Assembly (NCBI GenBank): GCA_913050245.1
Contig: CAJWZJ010000005.1
Coordinates: forward strand, 30,931 to 94,930
Length of the DNA stretch: 64,000 nt
Source of the DNA: an uncultured bacterium
GTDB lineage: Bacteria > Desulfobacterota_D > UBA1144
Reading direction: 5' to 3'
A program made the position numbers and the translations under genes. How positions within the stretch are numbered: position 1 is the first letter of the stretch; the number at the start of each line of letters is the position of its first letter. The notes under the pieces were generated by a model. That model was given only the letters and a program-made list of their open reading frames with translations. It ran no database searches and had not been told where the DNA came from. This document shows positions 39,138 to 50,201 of this stretch, in pieces.

Positions 39138-39210
<73 letters not shown>

Positions 39211-39262
39211 AAATCAAAGTATCGAAAAGTTTATATAATTAAAATTATTAATCAAGAAATCC

Positions 39263-39284
39263 TGTGGAGCCCAGAGGCTCCACA
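39263..39284 (-). terminator. Intrinsic terminator-like hairpin after the porin gene
   Basis: 9-bp stem TGTGGAGCC/GGCTCCACA with a 4-nt loop, followed by a T-rich tract on the minus strand. Confidence 0.7.
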
Positions 39285-39298
39285 AGTAATTAAGAAAT

Positions 39299-40375
39299 TT
39301 AGAAAGCTACAATGTATTGTAGAGATGCTGTTTGTTGTTCTTTATTTTGAGGTGTTGTACCCTCACCAGCTTGGAAAGCTTTAAAATTAGCAAAATCCAT
39401 TCTGTATTCAGCTCTTAAAACTCCTCCACCAATCGCCATTTCAGGTGTTATAGTGAAACTTTCTAATGTACCATCATCAGTAAGATTGACAAAAGTACTA
39501 TCAGCAGTATCAAAATCAAGTTTTGTATCACCTTCATCTTGGAAATACTCATATCTGACAGTTACTGACATTGTATCTGATAAAGATTTTGTTAGATAAG
39601 CAGCATACCCAAACCATTCACCGTCAATTGCAGTGCCTGATTGAGTTTCTTTACCATAAACACCATTTAAAGTTAGATCAACTCCGCCTAGCGGATAACC
39701 CATTACAGCAGTATATGTCTGTTGGATAGTGTTTGCATCTGTTCCATCGTTACCATAATTCATGGCAAGGAATAGACTTCCTTCTCCAATAGTCATTCCA
39801 GCAGCAGCTTCAATGATTTTTTGTTGATCAGTACCTTCATCATAGATTACGTCTGATCCATTACTTAAACCAAGGTAAACTTCGTCAAAAAGTATTCCTG
39901 GCTCCATCATTGCTCTAATACCTGTGTTTTGGAAATTAATTGAATATCCGAAAAGAAAACTTCTAGTAATGTTAGGATTGTCTCCAGGATTAATTACCTC
40001 ATTACCAAGCATTGTGTCCATGTGTCCAACCATAACTGTAAAAGGTCCAACTGGAAGTACACCATAAGCTTGATGTAAGAAGAATTCATTATCGTCAGTA
40101 CCTAAATCACTAGCCATTGATCCGAATAAAGCATCGATAACAAAAAACTCGTTAGCTACACCTAATTGCGCACTAGGAGTAAAGGTTGACTCATCATCGC
40201 TAAAAGTGTAGTAATTGTTTGCATTATCTCCACCATTATCTCCAAAGTTAGCAGTACCTTGTGTTACTACATAACCTGAAAACGTAAGTGGAATAGCAGC
40301 ATCTGCAGCAAATGTGCTTTTAACTGGTAAAGCTAAAAACATCATTATTAAAGCTAAAACTGTTAATTTACGCAT
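39299..40375 (-). CDS. Outer-membrane beta-barrel porin (BBP2/DUF1597-like)
   Basis: AGGAGG SD, signal peptide, GHMDTMLGNEVI..NPNITRSFLF, TVRYEYFQD, RAEYRMD, C-terminal Phe. Confidence 0.8.
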   Translation of the reverse strand: MRKLTVLALIMMFLALPVKSTFAADAAIPLTFSGYVVTQGTANFGDNGGDNANNYYTFSDDESTFTPSAQLGVANEFFVIDALFGSMASDLGTDDNEFFLHQAYGVLPVGPFTVMVGHMDTMLGNEVINPGDNPNITRSFLFGYSINFQNTGIRAMMEPGILFDEVYLGLSNGSDVIYDEGTDQQKIIEAAAGMTIGEGSLFLAMNYGNDGTDANTIQQTYTAVMGYPLGGVDLTLNGVYGKETQSGTAIDGEWFGYAAYLTKSLSDTMSVTVRYEYFQDEGDTKLDFDTADSTFVNLTDDGTLESFTITPEMAIGGGVLRAEYRMDFANFKAFQAGEGTTPQNKEQQTASLQYIVAF

Positions 40376-40411
40376 AAATATAACCCTCCTTTTGGTTAAT
40401 GTATATTTATA

Positions 40412-40427
40412 TGCAATTAACATACCA
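40412..40427 (-). promoter_or_regulatory. Sigma54 (-24/-12) promoter of the porin
   Basis: TGGTATGTTAATTGCA: GG and GC separated by exactly 10 nt, with TTGCA at -12, about 37 nt upstream of the start codon. Confidence 0.7.
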
Positions 40428-40453
40428 ATTAAATATTGAAAATAAAGAAGAAA

Positions 40454-41797
40454 TTACTCTATGTCTTTGCCTTTAGTCTCTGGGAGAGAAAGCAAGACTA
40501 GGAAAGCAAAAATTGCAAAAATTGAAGCTGTCATTAGAGCTCTACCATTTCCTATAACCTCTCCATCAAATAAAAATGCGAATGAACTTACAGCAACAAA
40601 CGCAAATAATGGAGGAGCAATAGCTGATGCACCCCTTCCTACATTGTAGCTAAACCCTTGGGCTGTACCCCTAGCACGAGTTGGAAATATTTCAGCAAAA
40701 ATAGCACCAAAACCTGAATAAAAACCAGTAGCAAAAAATCCCAATAAAGGTGCAACTGTTAAAACTAATGCATCAAGTGAAATAAAGCCTAAAAATTGTT
40801 GAATGCTGACTATATTTCCAAAGACTGGAACTAGCAATGCAACAATCAATAAGTAAGAACCAAAAGTGATCTTTCGCCCAATCCTATCACTGATTAAACC
40901 AAAAGAAATACAACCTAATATAGCGCCTATATTAAGAGGTATTGTAAAACCAAAACCTTTGACAATTCCTAACCCAGCTCCTCCTTCGGAAACAGGGCTA
41001 GCAAGATAATTAGGCACAAAGTAGCTTAGCCCCCAATAAGAAATCATACAAAAACTAGTAAGTAACGTGGCTTTAATAAGCATAGGTCTTATTTCACCAG
41101 AATTAAAAATTTCCAGAAATGTAAATTCTTGCTTTGTTTTTGTTCTTGCTTCCGCAGATTTCTTCCAAATCTCCGGCTCTTCACAAACTCTTCTAACATA
41201 AAAGACCAAGAAAGCGGGTATAACTCCAAGGAAGAATAGCACTCTCCAACTTTCTACAGGAAAATCAGTATTTACAAAAGGTAACCAGTTTAGATTAAAG
41301 TCATTTATTGGTAAAACAAATGTAGCCAAAATAGCTGCAAAAATAAAACCAAAACCCCATCCACTCTGAACCATTCCAACAACTTTACCGCGATGCTGTT
41401 TAGGCCAACTCTCTGCTACCAGAATTTCACCTGATGCCCATTCTCCACCCATTCCAAGACCTAATAAAAATCTACAAACTACAAAAAACCATATGTCAGG
41501 AGCAAAGGCAGACAGCGCGGTAAACAATGAATAAATTAGAATAGAGTAAGTTAGAGCCTTTACTCTTCCAACATAATCAGAAATTATTCCAAAAACAATT
41601 CCTCCAAGAGCAGAGGATGCCAATGTAATACTAAATAAAAGTGCTGCTTGGGTTCCTGATATATCGAATGTTTGTGCAATAAATTTAAATGCAAAAACAT
41701 AAAGAAGTAAATCCATGGCGTCTAAAGTCCATCCAAAGAAAGCGGCAATAAATGTTTTCCATTGCTTTGAATTTATATCTCTAGTCCACTGAAGCAT
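40454..41797 (-). CDS. MFS transporter (carboxylate/aromatic acid:H+ symporter-like)
   Basis: FFGWTLDAMD, GIISDYVGRVK, GLGMGGEW, AEIFPTRARGTAQG. Confidence 0.9.
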   Translation of the reverse strand: MLQWTRDINSKQWKTFIAAFFGWTLDAMDLLLYVFAFKFIAQTFDISGTQAALLFSITLASSALGGIVFGIISDYVGRVKALTYSILIYSLFTALSAFAPDIWFFVVCRFLLGLGMGGEWASGEILVAESWPKQHRGKVVGMVQSGWGFGFIFAAILATFVLPINDFNLNWLPFVNTDFPVESWRVLFFLGVIPAFLVFYVRRVCEEPEIWKKSAEARTKTKQEFTFLEIFNSGEIRPMLIKATLLTSFCMISYWGLSYFVPNYLASPVSEGGAGLGIVKGFGFTIPLNIGAILGCISFGLISDRIGRKITFGSYLLIVALLVPVFGNIVSIQQFLGFISLDALVLTVAPLLGFFATGFYSGFGAIFAEIFPTRARGTAQGFSYNVGRGASAIAPPLFAFVAVSSFAFLFDGEVIGNGRALMTASIFAIFAFLVLLSLPETKGKDIE

Positions 41798-41877
41798 CTA
41801 AGAATGGTACTAAATATCAGAAAATTAGTCAATTTTAAATTATTGAATAAAATTTAAAGATTGTTAAAATTTGGAAG

Positions 41878-43182
41878 ATGAAAAAAGAATCAGTTTTTAT
41901 TGAAACTTATGGATGTCAGATGAATGAATACGATTCTGATAGAATTATTAATGCTTTAAATGCCATTCCTACAAATGAACCTAATAATGCCGATATTATT
42001 ATCATAAATACTTGTGCAATCAGAGAAAAAGCTGATCATAAAGCGGTTAGTGCTATTGGAAGATACAATAAATTAAAAAAAGACAATCCGAATCTAATAA
42101 TTGGAATGTCAGGGTGTGTTGCCCAACTTTATGGAAAAAAACTTTTAAAAGACATGCCTTATTTAGATTTTGTTCTTGGCCCAAGAGGTATTCCTCAGAT
42201 ACCTAAAATTATAAATAATATTAGAAGTGAAGAAAAAAACAGGCCAATTGAAACATCAATGGATGTAGAAGATGTTTTTGATATATCACCATATCATCAA
42301 GAAGGAAAGGTTGTTGGCTTTGTATCTATTCAACAAGGCTGCAATAAAAAATGTGCATATTGCATAGTTCCAACAACCAGAGGAAGTGAGATAAATAGAC
42401 CAATGCCAGAAATCATTAATGAATCTCAAGATCTGGTAAAAAAGGGTGCAAGAGAATTAACATATATTGGTCAAACTGTTAATTCATGGAAGCACGACGG
42501 CCTAAGATTTTTCAATTTGCTTGATTATCTTCAAGAAATTGATGGTCTTGAAAGAATAAGATTTACAACATCATTTCCTAAAGACATAACAAAAAAAATG
42601 ATTGATTCTATGAAGAATAATAGCAAAATATGTAATCAGTTACATTTACCCGTCCAATCAGGATCGAACAGAATTTTACGTCAGATGAGTAGAACCTATA
42701 CTATAGAATGGTATAGAGATAGAATTGAGTTACTTAAAGAAGCTATTCCAGATTTAGCTTTATCAACAGATATCATTATTGGATTTGGTAATGAGGATGA
42801 AAATGATTTTCAAATGACAATGGATCTCATCAACCTTATTGAGTTTGATACAGTTTATTCGTTTAAATATTCAATCAGACCTGGCACTCCAGGAGAAAAA
42901 ATGAAATCACATGTGCCAGACAATGTAGCATCTGAAAGACTTCACATACTTCAAGCAAGGCAAAAAGAAATAACTTTAAAGAAAAATTTAGAATGTTTAG
43001 GAAAAATAGAGAATGTATTGATTGAAGGATTTAGTAAACAAAATCAAAATGACCTTTTTGGTAGAACATCTACTAATAAAGTTGTGAATATTAAAAATTT
43101 AGATGAATCTCACATTGGAAAAATTATAAATGTAAAAATAATTGAAGCTATGCAAAATTCACTTATAGGTGAGAAAATTTAA
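41878..43182 (+). CDS. miaB: tRNA methylthiotransferase MiaB
   Basis: TYGCQMNEYDS, NTCAIREKA, QGCNKKCAYCIVP, C-terminal TRAM domain. Confidence 0.96.
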   Translation: MKKESVFIETYGCQMNEYDSDRIINALNAIPTNEPNNADIIIINTCAIREKADHKAVSAIGRYNKLKKDNPNLIIGMSGCVAQLYGKKLLKDMPYLDFVLGPRGIPQIPKIINNIRSEEKNRPIETSMDVEDVFDISPYHQEGKVVGFVSIQQGCNKKCAYCIVPTTRGSEINRPMPEIINESQDLVKKGARELTYIGQTVNSWKHDGLRFFNLLDYLQEIDGLERIRFTTSFPKDITKKMIDSMKNNSKICNQLHLPVQSGSNRILRQMSRTYTIEWYRDRIELLKEAIPDLALSTDIIIGFGNEDENDFQMTMDLINLIEFDTVYSFKYSIRPGTPGEKMKSHVPDNVASERLHILQARQKEITLKKNLECLGKIENVLIEGFSKQNQNDLFGRTSTNKVVNIKNLDESHIGKIINVKIIEAMQNSLIGEKI

Positions 43183-43184
43183 AT

Positions 43185-44492
43185 TTGCAAAAATTTAATG
43201 GAATAGAAATTATCGGTGCTGGCCTTGCAGGTTGTGAAGCTGCAAATCAAATATCAAAAAGAGGGATAAATGTAAGATTATATGAGATGAAGCCGAAAAA
43301 ATTTTCAGCTGCTCATACTTCTCCCAATTTTTCAGAACTTGTTTGCAGTAATTCATTAAAATCTAATGATCCAGAGAAAGCCGCAGGGATTCTAAAGAAT
43401 GAAATGCTTAGATTAGATTCTTTGATTTTAGAATCGGCATTAAAATTTCAAGTATCAGCAGGTGGGGCGCTTGCTGTTGATAGAGAAGAATTTTCAAATT
43501 ACATAACTAAAAAAATAAATAAAAATCCTTTAATTGAAGTTATCAGTGAAGAATTCTCCGAAATTCCAATTGACATAGAAAAACCATTGATAATATCCTC
43601 TGGCCCATTAACATCAGAAAGTTTATCTAATAGCATTGAAAAATTTTGTGGAACAGACTCATTATCTTTTTATGATTCAATTTCGCCCATAATACTTTAT
43701 GACTCCCTAGATAGTAAGAGTTTTTTTAGAGCATCAAGATATGAAGAAAAACAAGCAGATTATATTAATTGTCCACTAAGTGAAATTGAATATAAAAAAT
43801 TTATTGCAGAATTAATTGCTTCAGACAAGACTGAATTTCATAGTTTTGAAAAAATTAAATATTTTGAAAGTTGTCTTCCAATTGAGGTTATGGCGTCAAG
43901 AGGTGAAGATACATTAAGATTTGGGCCAATGAAGCCAGTTGGATTAATTGATCCTAAAACTCAAAGAAGACCTTATGCTGTCATACAATTAAGGAAAGAA
44001 AATGAGAATGAGTCAATGTGGAATATAGTTGGATTTCAGACAAAGATGAAAATTAATGAACAAAAAAGGGTTTTTGGAATTATACCCGCATTAAAAAAGG
44101 CGGAGTTTTTAAGATTTGGAAGTATTCATCGTAATACATATTTAAATTCACCTGGAATTTTAAAAAATACATTACAAACAGTAAAGAATCCCAATGTTTT
44201 TATTGCGGGTCAGCTTACAGGCGTTGAAGGATATACTGAATCTTCTGCCATGGGGATTGTTGCTGGAATAAATGCATCAAGAGTCTTCAATAATCATAAA
44301 CCAATAGAGTTTCCCAAAACAACAGCAATAGGTACTTTATTAAATTATCTATCTGAAAATACTGATAAGGAATTACAGCCTATGAATATAAATTTGGGGC
44401 TTTTCAATATAGAAAAACCAAAAAAAAACATAAATAAAATTATTAATAATTCAAAAAATGGTATGGAGGAGATTATAAATATAATAAAATAG
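43185..44492 (+). CDS. trmFO: tRNA (uracil-54) methyltransferase TrmFO
   Basis: IIGAGLAGCEAA, ELVCSNS, LRFGPMKPVG, GQLTGVEGY. Confidence 0.96.
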   Translation: MQKFNGIEIIGAGLAGCEAANQISKRGINVRLYEMKPKKFSAAHTSPNFSELVCSNSLKSNDPEKAAGILKNEMLRLDSLILESALKFQVSAGGALAVDREEFSNYITKKINKNPLIEVISEEFSEIPIDIEKPLIISSGPLTSESLSNSIEKFCGTDSLSFYDSISPIILYDSLDSKSFFRASRYEEKQADYINCPLSEIEYKKFIAELIASDKTEFHSFEKIKYFESCLPIEVMASRGEDTLRFGPMKPVGLIDPKTQRRPYAVIQLRKENENESMWNIVGFQTKMKINEQKRVFGIIPALKKAEFLRFGSIHRNTYLNSPGILKNTLQTVKNPNVFIAGQLTGVEGYTESSAMGIVAGINASRVFNNHKPIEFPKTTAIGTLLNYLSENTDKELQPMNINLGLFNIEKPKKNINKIINNSKNGMEEIINIIK

Positions 44493-44527
44493 AAGATGAG
44501 AATCTTTGATGTTATTATTAAATTTCA

Positions 44528-45376
44528 ATGAACTTTCAAAATATAATTCTAAAATTACAAGAGTTTTGGGCAAATAAAGGATGTGTAATCTTACAACCTT
44601 ATGATTTAGAAAAAGGAGCTGGAACTTTCCATCCAGGCACCTTTTTAAGGTGCCTAGGAACAACTCCTTGGTCTGCAGCATATGTTGAACCTTGTAGAAG
44701 ACCAACCGATGGAAGATATGGAGAAAATCCAAATAGGCTTCAACATTACTATCAATTTCAAGTTGTAATAAAACCCTCTGTTGACAATATTCAAGATTAT
44801 TATTTAGAAAGTCTCGAGTTTTTAGGAATTAATACCAAAGACCATGATATAAGATTTGTTGAGGATGATTGGGAATCCCCTACTCTTGGGGCTTGGGGTT
44901 TGGGTTGGGAAGTCTGGCTTGATGGCATGGAAATTACACAATTCACATATTTTCAACAAGCCGGGGGCTTTGATTTAGATCCAGTAACCGTGGAAATAAC
45001 CTATGGAACAGAGAGAATTGCCATGTATCTCCAAAATGTATCAAGTGTTTATGATTTAAAGTGGTCTGACACTATAAGCTATAGAGATATTCACCATCGA
45101 ACAGAATATGAGTTTTCAAAATATAATTTTGAGATTGCAAATGTAGAAATGCTTAAAAAGTTTTTTATTCATTCTAAAAAAGAATGTTTAGATCTAATTG
45201 ATAACAAACTGCCTCTACCTGCTTACGATTATTGTTTAAAATGTTCACATATTTTTAATCTTTTGGATGCTAGAGGAAGTATCAGTGTTACAGAAAGAGC
45301 AAGATATATTTTAGAAATAAGAGAGCTTGCAAAAAACTCGGCAAGTATTTATATGGATGAATATGAAAAAAAATAA
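44528..45376 (+). CDS. glyQ: Glycine-tRNA ligase alpha subunit
   Basis: [42 protein letters not shown]. Confidence 0.97.
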   Translation: MNFQNIILKLQEFWANKGCVILQPYDLEKGAGTFHPGTFLRCLGTTPWSAAYVEPCRRPTDGRYGENPNRLQHYYQFQVVIKPSVDNIQDYYLESLEFLGINTKDHDIRFVEDDWESPTLGAWGLGWEVWLDGMEITQFTYFQQAGGFDLDPVTVEITYGTERIAMYLQNVSSVYDLKWSDTISYRDIHHRTEYEFSKYNFEIANVEMLKKFFIHSKKECLDLIDNKLPLPAYDYCLKCSHIFNLLDARGSISVTERARYILEIRELAKNSASIYMDEYEKK

Positions 45377-47438
45377 TCTAGAATTTTTTTTAGAAATTTA
45401 TACTGAAGAAATTCCTGCAAGACTAATAAATGACTTGTGTAGACAGCTTGAAAATAATTTTACTAAACTTCTTAATGAAAGAGATATAAATTTTGATAAA
45501 GTTGAGTCCATGTCAACACCCATGCGATTAGTAATATTTGTAAATGGTTTATCAGATAAAAGTAAAGATAAAAAATTAGAAATATGGGGTCCTCCTGAAA
45601 ATATAGCAATCTCAGAAAAAAAAGAATTATTGAAGCCTGCAAAATCTTATATGGAAAAAAATAATATTAATGAAAAACAAATATTGATAAGAGAAAAAAA
45701 TGGAATGAAATATCTATATTGTGAAAAAGTTGTTAAAGGTACTAGTAATAAGGAAAATTTGAAAGATATTACAATAAATTCATTAAAAAATATAAAAAAT
45801 AAGAAGTTTATGAAGTGGGGAGGTGTAAATTTTGAATTTATAAGACCAATCAGAAATATTTATGCCAACTTTAATAAAAAATTTTTGAAAATTAATTTTT
45901 CAAATATTCCGTCAATTAATATAATTAAAGGCCATAGATTTTCAGAAAAGGCAAAAAAAAATATTTTGAATTTTAATGAGTATAAAAAATTTCTTAAAAG
46001 TTCAGATGTAATCCTAAATTTTAAAGATAGAAGAGAAAAAATTATCAATGAAATTAAAAAAATCGAAGAGAAAAATCATTTTCATGTTAACCCTGATAAA
46101 GATTTGATTGATCATGTTGCCAATCTAACAGAATATCCAAAAGTTCTTATAGGAAACTTTGATAAGAATTTTTTAAGTATTCCTAAAGAGGTTATTAATT
46201 CAATCATGAAAAATCATCAAAAGTATTTTTCTGTATTTTCATCACCGAAAATGAATAAATTAATGCCTAGTTTTATTTTTGTCGCTGGCTCACCATATTT
46301 AAACAAAAGGAAAGTAATAGAAGGAAATGAAAAAGTTTTAGCAGCAAGGCTAAACGATGGAAAATTCTTTTTTGATGAAGATATGAAAGTAGGACTAAAA
46401 AATATAGGAAAAAAAATAAATTCTATAACTTTTATTGAAGGAATTGGAAACTATGGTGATAAGTCAGAGAGAATAAAAGATTTAGCAAACTTTATAAATA
46501 TCAAATTAGATTTAGGAATAAATAAGAATGATATTGATGAAGCATCTTTGTTATGCAAGGCAGATCTAGCATCACAAATGGTTTTTGAATTTCCTGAGTT
46601 ACAAGGGGTTATGGGAGAATATTATTATTTAAAAAATAATAAATCAGTTGCTAAAAGTATCAATGAACATTATCTACCCAAAACAAGGGATGATGATTTA
46701 CCTTTTAGTAATTTATCTAAATTAATAAGTATTTCAGATAAATTTGATACTATTTCTTCTGCTTTCCATATGAATTTATTACCTACCGGGAGTTCTGATC
46801 CTTATGGACTTAGAAGGTGTTGTATAGGTATAATTAGAATTGTAGAGAAGCTAGGAATTAATTTAGATTTAATTGAAATCTTGAATGAGTCTTTCTCAAA
46901 CATTGAGAAAAGAGTAAATAAAAATAATAAGGAATCTTTAAATAGGGTTAAGTTGTTTTTTGCTGAAAGAATTAAAAATTATTATGCAGAGGATGGCTTT
47001 AGTATAAATATTTTGAATTCTGTATTACATAATTTAAATTCACTAGATTTAATTAAGATTAAGAAAAAAATTTCTATAATTAAAAAGCTTGACGGTTCAA
47101 ATGAACTTTTGAAAGTTACCGAAGTATTTAAAAGATTGAAAAATATAACAAAAAATAATTCAAACAATAAAGTTAATGAGAAATTATTTGTTAATGATTT
47201 TGAAAGAGAAATACATTCGGAGATAAACCAGATTAATGAACAATTTATTAATAATCCATCAAAGAAAGAATCAGAAGAGTTTTTAAAAAAAATTATTTTG
47301 TCTTCATCAGTTCTTGCAAATTTCTTTGATAATGTAATGGTAATGGATAAAGATGAAGATATAAAAAATAATAGATTAAATCTTTTAACAGATTTTAAAA
47401 ATCTTATATCCGAATTTGCAAATTTTTCGGAATTATAA
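45363..47438 (+). CDS. glyS: Glycine-tRNA ligase beta subunit
   Basis: [40 protein letters not shown]. Confidence 0.95.
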   Translation: MKKNNLEFFLEIYTEEIPARLINDLCRQLENNFTKLLNERDINFDKVESMSTPMRLVIFVNGLSDKSKDKKLEIWGPPENIAISEKKELLKPAKSYMEKNNINEKQILIREKNGMKYLYCEKVVKGTSNKENLKDITINSLKNIKNKKFMKWGGVNFEFIRPIRNIYANFNKKFLKINFSNIPSINIIKGHRFSEKAKKNILNFNEYKKFLKSSDVILNFKDRREKIINEIKKIEEKNHFHVNPDKDLIDHVANLTEYPKVLIGNFDKNFLSIPKEVINSIMKNHQKYFSVFSSPKMNKLMPSFIFVAGSPYLNKRKVIEGNEKVLAARLNDGKFFFDEDMKVGLKNIGKKINSITFIEGIGNYGDKSERIKDLANFINIKLDLGINKNDIDEASLLCKADLASQMVFEFPELQGVMGEYYYLKNNKSVAKSINEHYLPKTRDDDLPFSNLSKLISISDKFDTISSAFHMNLLPTGSSDPYGLRRCCIGIIRIVEKLGINLDLIEILNESFSNIEKRVNKNNKESLNRVKLFFAERIKNYYAEDGFSINILNSVLHNLNSLDLIKIKKKISIIKKLDGSNELLKVTEVFKRLKNITKNNSNNKVNEKLFVNDFEREIHSEINQINEQFINNPSKKESEEFLKKIILSSSVLANFFDNVMVMDKDEDIKNNRLNLLTDFKNLISEFANFSEL

Positions 47439-47458
47439 TTTAGGAGGGATTAATTATT

Positions 47459-50194
47459 ATGGCACCTAAGAAAAAAACTAATTCATATGTCTATTTTTTT
47501 GGAAATAAAAAGGCTGATGGTAAAGGGTCCATGAAAGAGATTCTGGGCGGAAAAGGTGCGGGTTTGGCAGAGATGACAGAGATTGGGATTAACGTTCCTC
47601 CTGGATTTACAATTTCTACAGAAGTTTGTAATATTTTTTATAAAAATAAAAAAACTGTTCCTAAAATAATTAGCGAAGAGATTAACAAAAATATTATCAA
47701 TTTAGAAAACATGACAGGAAAAGGTTTTGGTGATTCATCTAATCCATTACTGGTTTCTGTAAGGTCTGGCGCTATGTTTTCAATGCCAGGTATGATGGAT
47801 ACTATTCTCAACTTAGGGCTAAATGATAAAACTGTTGAAGGAGTAATTAAAAAAACTAAAAATCCAAGGTTTGCATGGGACTCTTATAGAAGATTTATTC
47901 AAATGTTTTCCGATGTGGTTTTAAAAGTTAATAAAGATATATTTGAAGAAAAACTCGAGAACCTAAAAAAGAAAAAAGGTGTAATGCATGATGTAGATCT
48001 AGACTATTCTTCTTTAAAATCGCTAGTTCAAGATTATAAAAAAATTGTTAAATTAAAAACAGGAAAGAATTTTCCACAGAATCCTAAAGATCAGCTATCA
48101 AAAGCAATTAATGCTGTTTTTCTGTCTTGGAATAACGACAGGGCTATATTTTATAGAAAGCAGTATGGGATACCATCTGAAATTGGAACTGCTGTAAATG
48201 TTCAATCAATGGTTTTTGGAAACATGGGTAATAATTGTGGAACAGGTGTAGGGTTTACCAGAGATCCATTATCTGGAGAAAAAGAGCTTTTTGCTGAATA
48301 TTTATTAAATGCACAGGGTGAGGATGTCGTTGCTGGCATTAGAACACCAAAGAACATTAAAACAATGCAGAGAGAAATGAGGAAAGTTCATTCGCAAATT
48401 GAAAATACGGCAAAGATACTTGAGAGACACTTTCGTGATATGCAAGATTTTGAATTTACTATTGAGAATGAAATTTTATATCTTCTACAAACAAGATCTG
48501 GAAAGAGGTCAGGTATTGCAGCTGCTAAAATCGCCTGTGATATGGTGAAAGAAACTTTAATAACTAAGGAAGAGGCTGTTTTAAGAGTTGAACCAGAGCA
48601 TTTAGAACAATTCCTTTTTCCAATTTTTAATCCTGATGATAAGAAAAAGTTTGACGTGCTAACCAAGGGGCTTGCAGCATCGCCTGGCGCTGCATCAGGT
48701 AGAGTTGCACTTGATGCTCAAACTGCTGTTGAATTGAGCAAGAAAGGTAAAAGAGTAGTTTTAGTTACAAAAGAAACAAGTCCGGATGACATACATGGTA
48801 TGGCGGCAGCACATGGAGTATTGACTGCTAGGGGAGGTAGGACGAGCCATGCAGCTGTTGTAGGCAGACAAATGGGAAAAGTTTGTGTTGTGGGTGCAGA
48901 AGAAATAAGGGTTAATATTGAAAATAGAAGTTTTAGTGTTGGCGATAAAATTATTCAAGAAGGAGATTATATTTCCATTGATGGTTTTGAGGGAAAAGTT
49001 TTTTCTGGTGATATTCCAGTAGTTGCATCTGAAGTAATTCAAGTCATGCAAGGTAATATGAAAGAACTTTCATCCGAAAGATATAATATTTTTTCGACAA
49101 TTCTTAAATGGGCCGATCAATTTAGAAAATTAAAAATACGAACAAATGCTGATGTTCCTAATGATGCAGCGACCGCAATAAAATTTGGTGCCGAAGGTAT
49201 TGGGCTATGTAGAACAGAACATATGTTTTTTGCAGAAGATAGAATAAAAATTATGCAAGATATGATTTTATCAAAAAATGAAAAGCAAAGAATAAAGCAT
49301 TTGGATAAATTAAAAGAAATGCAAAAAGAAGATTTCATTGGATTGTTTACCGAAATGCAAGGGTTTCCATGCACAATCAGGTTGCTAGATCCTCCACTAC
49401 ATGAATTTCTTCCAAGCAGAGAGCAATTAATGCTAGAAATTAAAGAAATGGAAATCAAAGAAATTGATTCTGATGAATTAGTTATTAAGAAAGAACTACT
49501 TGAAAGAGTTGAGGAATTACACGAGTTCAATCCTATGCTTGGATTAAGAGGTTGTAGATTGGGCATTACTATGCCAGAAATTACTAGGATGCAAGCTCAA
49601 GCAATATTTGAAGCAGCTTTAGTAGTTGAAAAGAAAAAGATTAAAGTACAACCAGAAATAATGGTTCCACTCGTTGGAATGGTTACAGAATTTAAGTATC
49701 AAAAAGATATTATTCAGGATGTTGCTAAAGAGATATTAGGTAAGAAAAAAATTAATTATACTGTGGGAACAATGATAGAGGTTCCAAGGGCTACAGCAGT
49801 TGCGGATGAGATTGCTAAGGAAGCTGAATTCTTCTCTTTTGGAACAAATGACCTAACTCAAACCGTTTTCGCTTATTCAAGAGATGATGCTGCTAAATTC
49901 ATAAATAAATATTTAGAAACTAAAGTAAACATTGATGGAAAATCTTCCGATATCTTAGAGAAAGACCCTTTTACAAGCATCGACAGAAACGGTGTCGGCG
50001 AATTTATGAAAATCGGTCTTTCTAAAGGTAGAAGTGCGAGGAAAGATTTAAAAGTAGGAATATGTGGTGAACATGGCGGAGATCCATCATCCATAGAATT
50101 CTGCCACCAGATAGGATTGAACTATGTCAGCTGTTCACCTTTTAGAGTTCCTATAGCAAGACTGGCTGCGGCTAGAGTTGCACTATCTGAATAA
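47459..50194 (+). CDS. ppdK: Pyruvate, phosphate dikinase
   Basis: LGGKGAGL, SVRSGA..SMPGMMDT, GGRTSHAAVV phospho-His, GICGEHGGDP. Confidence 0.97.
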   Translation: MAPKKKTNSYVYFFGNKKADGKGSMKEILGGKGAGLAEMTEIGINVPPGFTISTEVCNIFYKNKKTVPKIISEEINKNIINLENMTGKGFGDSSNPLLVSVRSGAMFSMPGMMDTILNLGLNDKTVEGVIKKTKNPRFAWDSYRRFIQMFSDVVLKVNKDIFEEKLENLKKKKGVMHDVDLDYSSLKSLVQDYKKIVKLKTGKNFPQNPKDQLSKAINAVFLSWNNDRAIFYRKQYGIPSEIGTAVNVQSMVFGNMGNNCGTGVGFTRDPLSGEKELFAEYLLNAQGEDVVAGIRTPKNIKTMQREMRKVHSQIENTAKILERHFRDMQDFEFTIENEILYLLQTRSGKRSGIAAAKIACDMVKETLITKEEAVLRVEPEHLEQFLFPIFNPDDKKKFDVLTKGLAASPGAASGRVALDAQTAVELSKKGKRVVLVTKETSPDDIHGMAAAHGVLTARGGRTSHAAVVGRQMGKVCVVGAEEIRVNIENRSFSVGDKIIQEGDYISIDGFEGKVFSGDIPVVASEVIQVMQGNMKELSSERYNIFSTILKWADQFRKLKIRTNADVPNDAATAIKFGAEGIGLCRTEHMFFAEDRIKIMQDMILSKNEKQRIKHLDKLKEMQKEDFIGLFTEMQGFPCTIRLLDPPLHEFLPSREQLMLEIKEMEIKEIDSDELVIKKELLERVEELHEFNPMLGLRGCRLGITMPEITRMQAQAIFEAALVVEKKKIKVQPEIMVPLVGMVTEFKYQKDIIQDVAKEILGKKKINYTVGTMIEVPRATAVADEIAKEAEFFSFGTNDLTQTVFAYSRDDAAKFINKYLETKVNIDGKSSDILEKDPFTSIDRNGVGEFMKIGLSKGRSARKDLKVGICGEHGGDPSSIEFCHQIGLNYVSCSPFRVPIARLAAARVALSE

Positions 50195-50201
50195 TTTAAT
50201 A

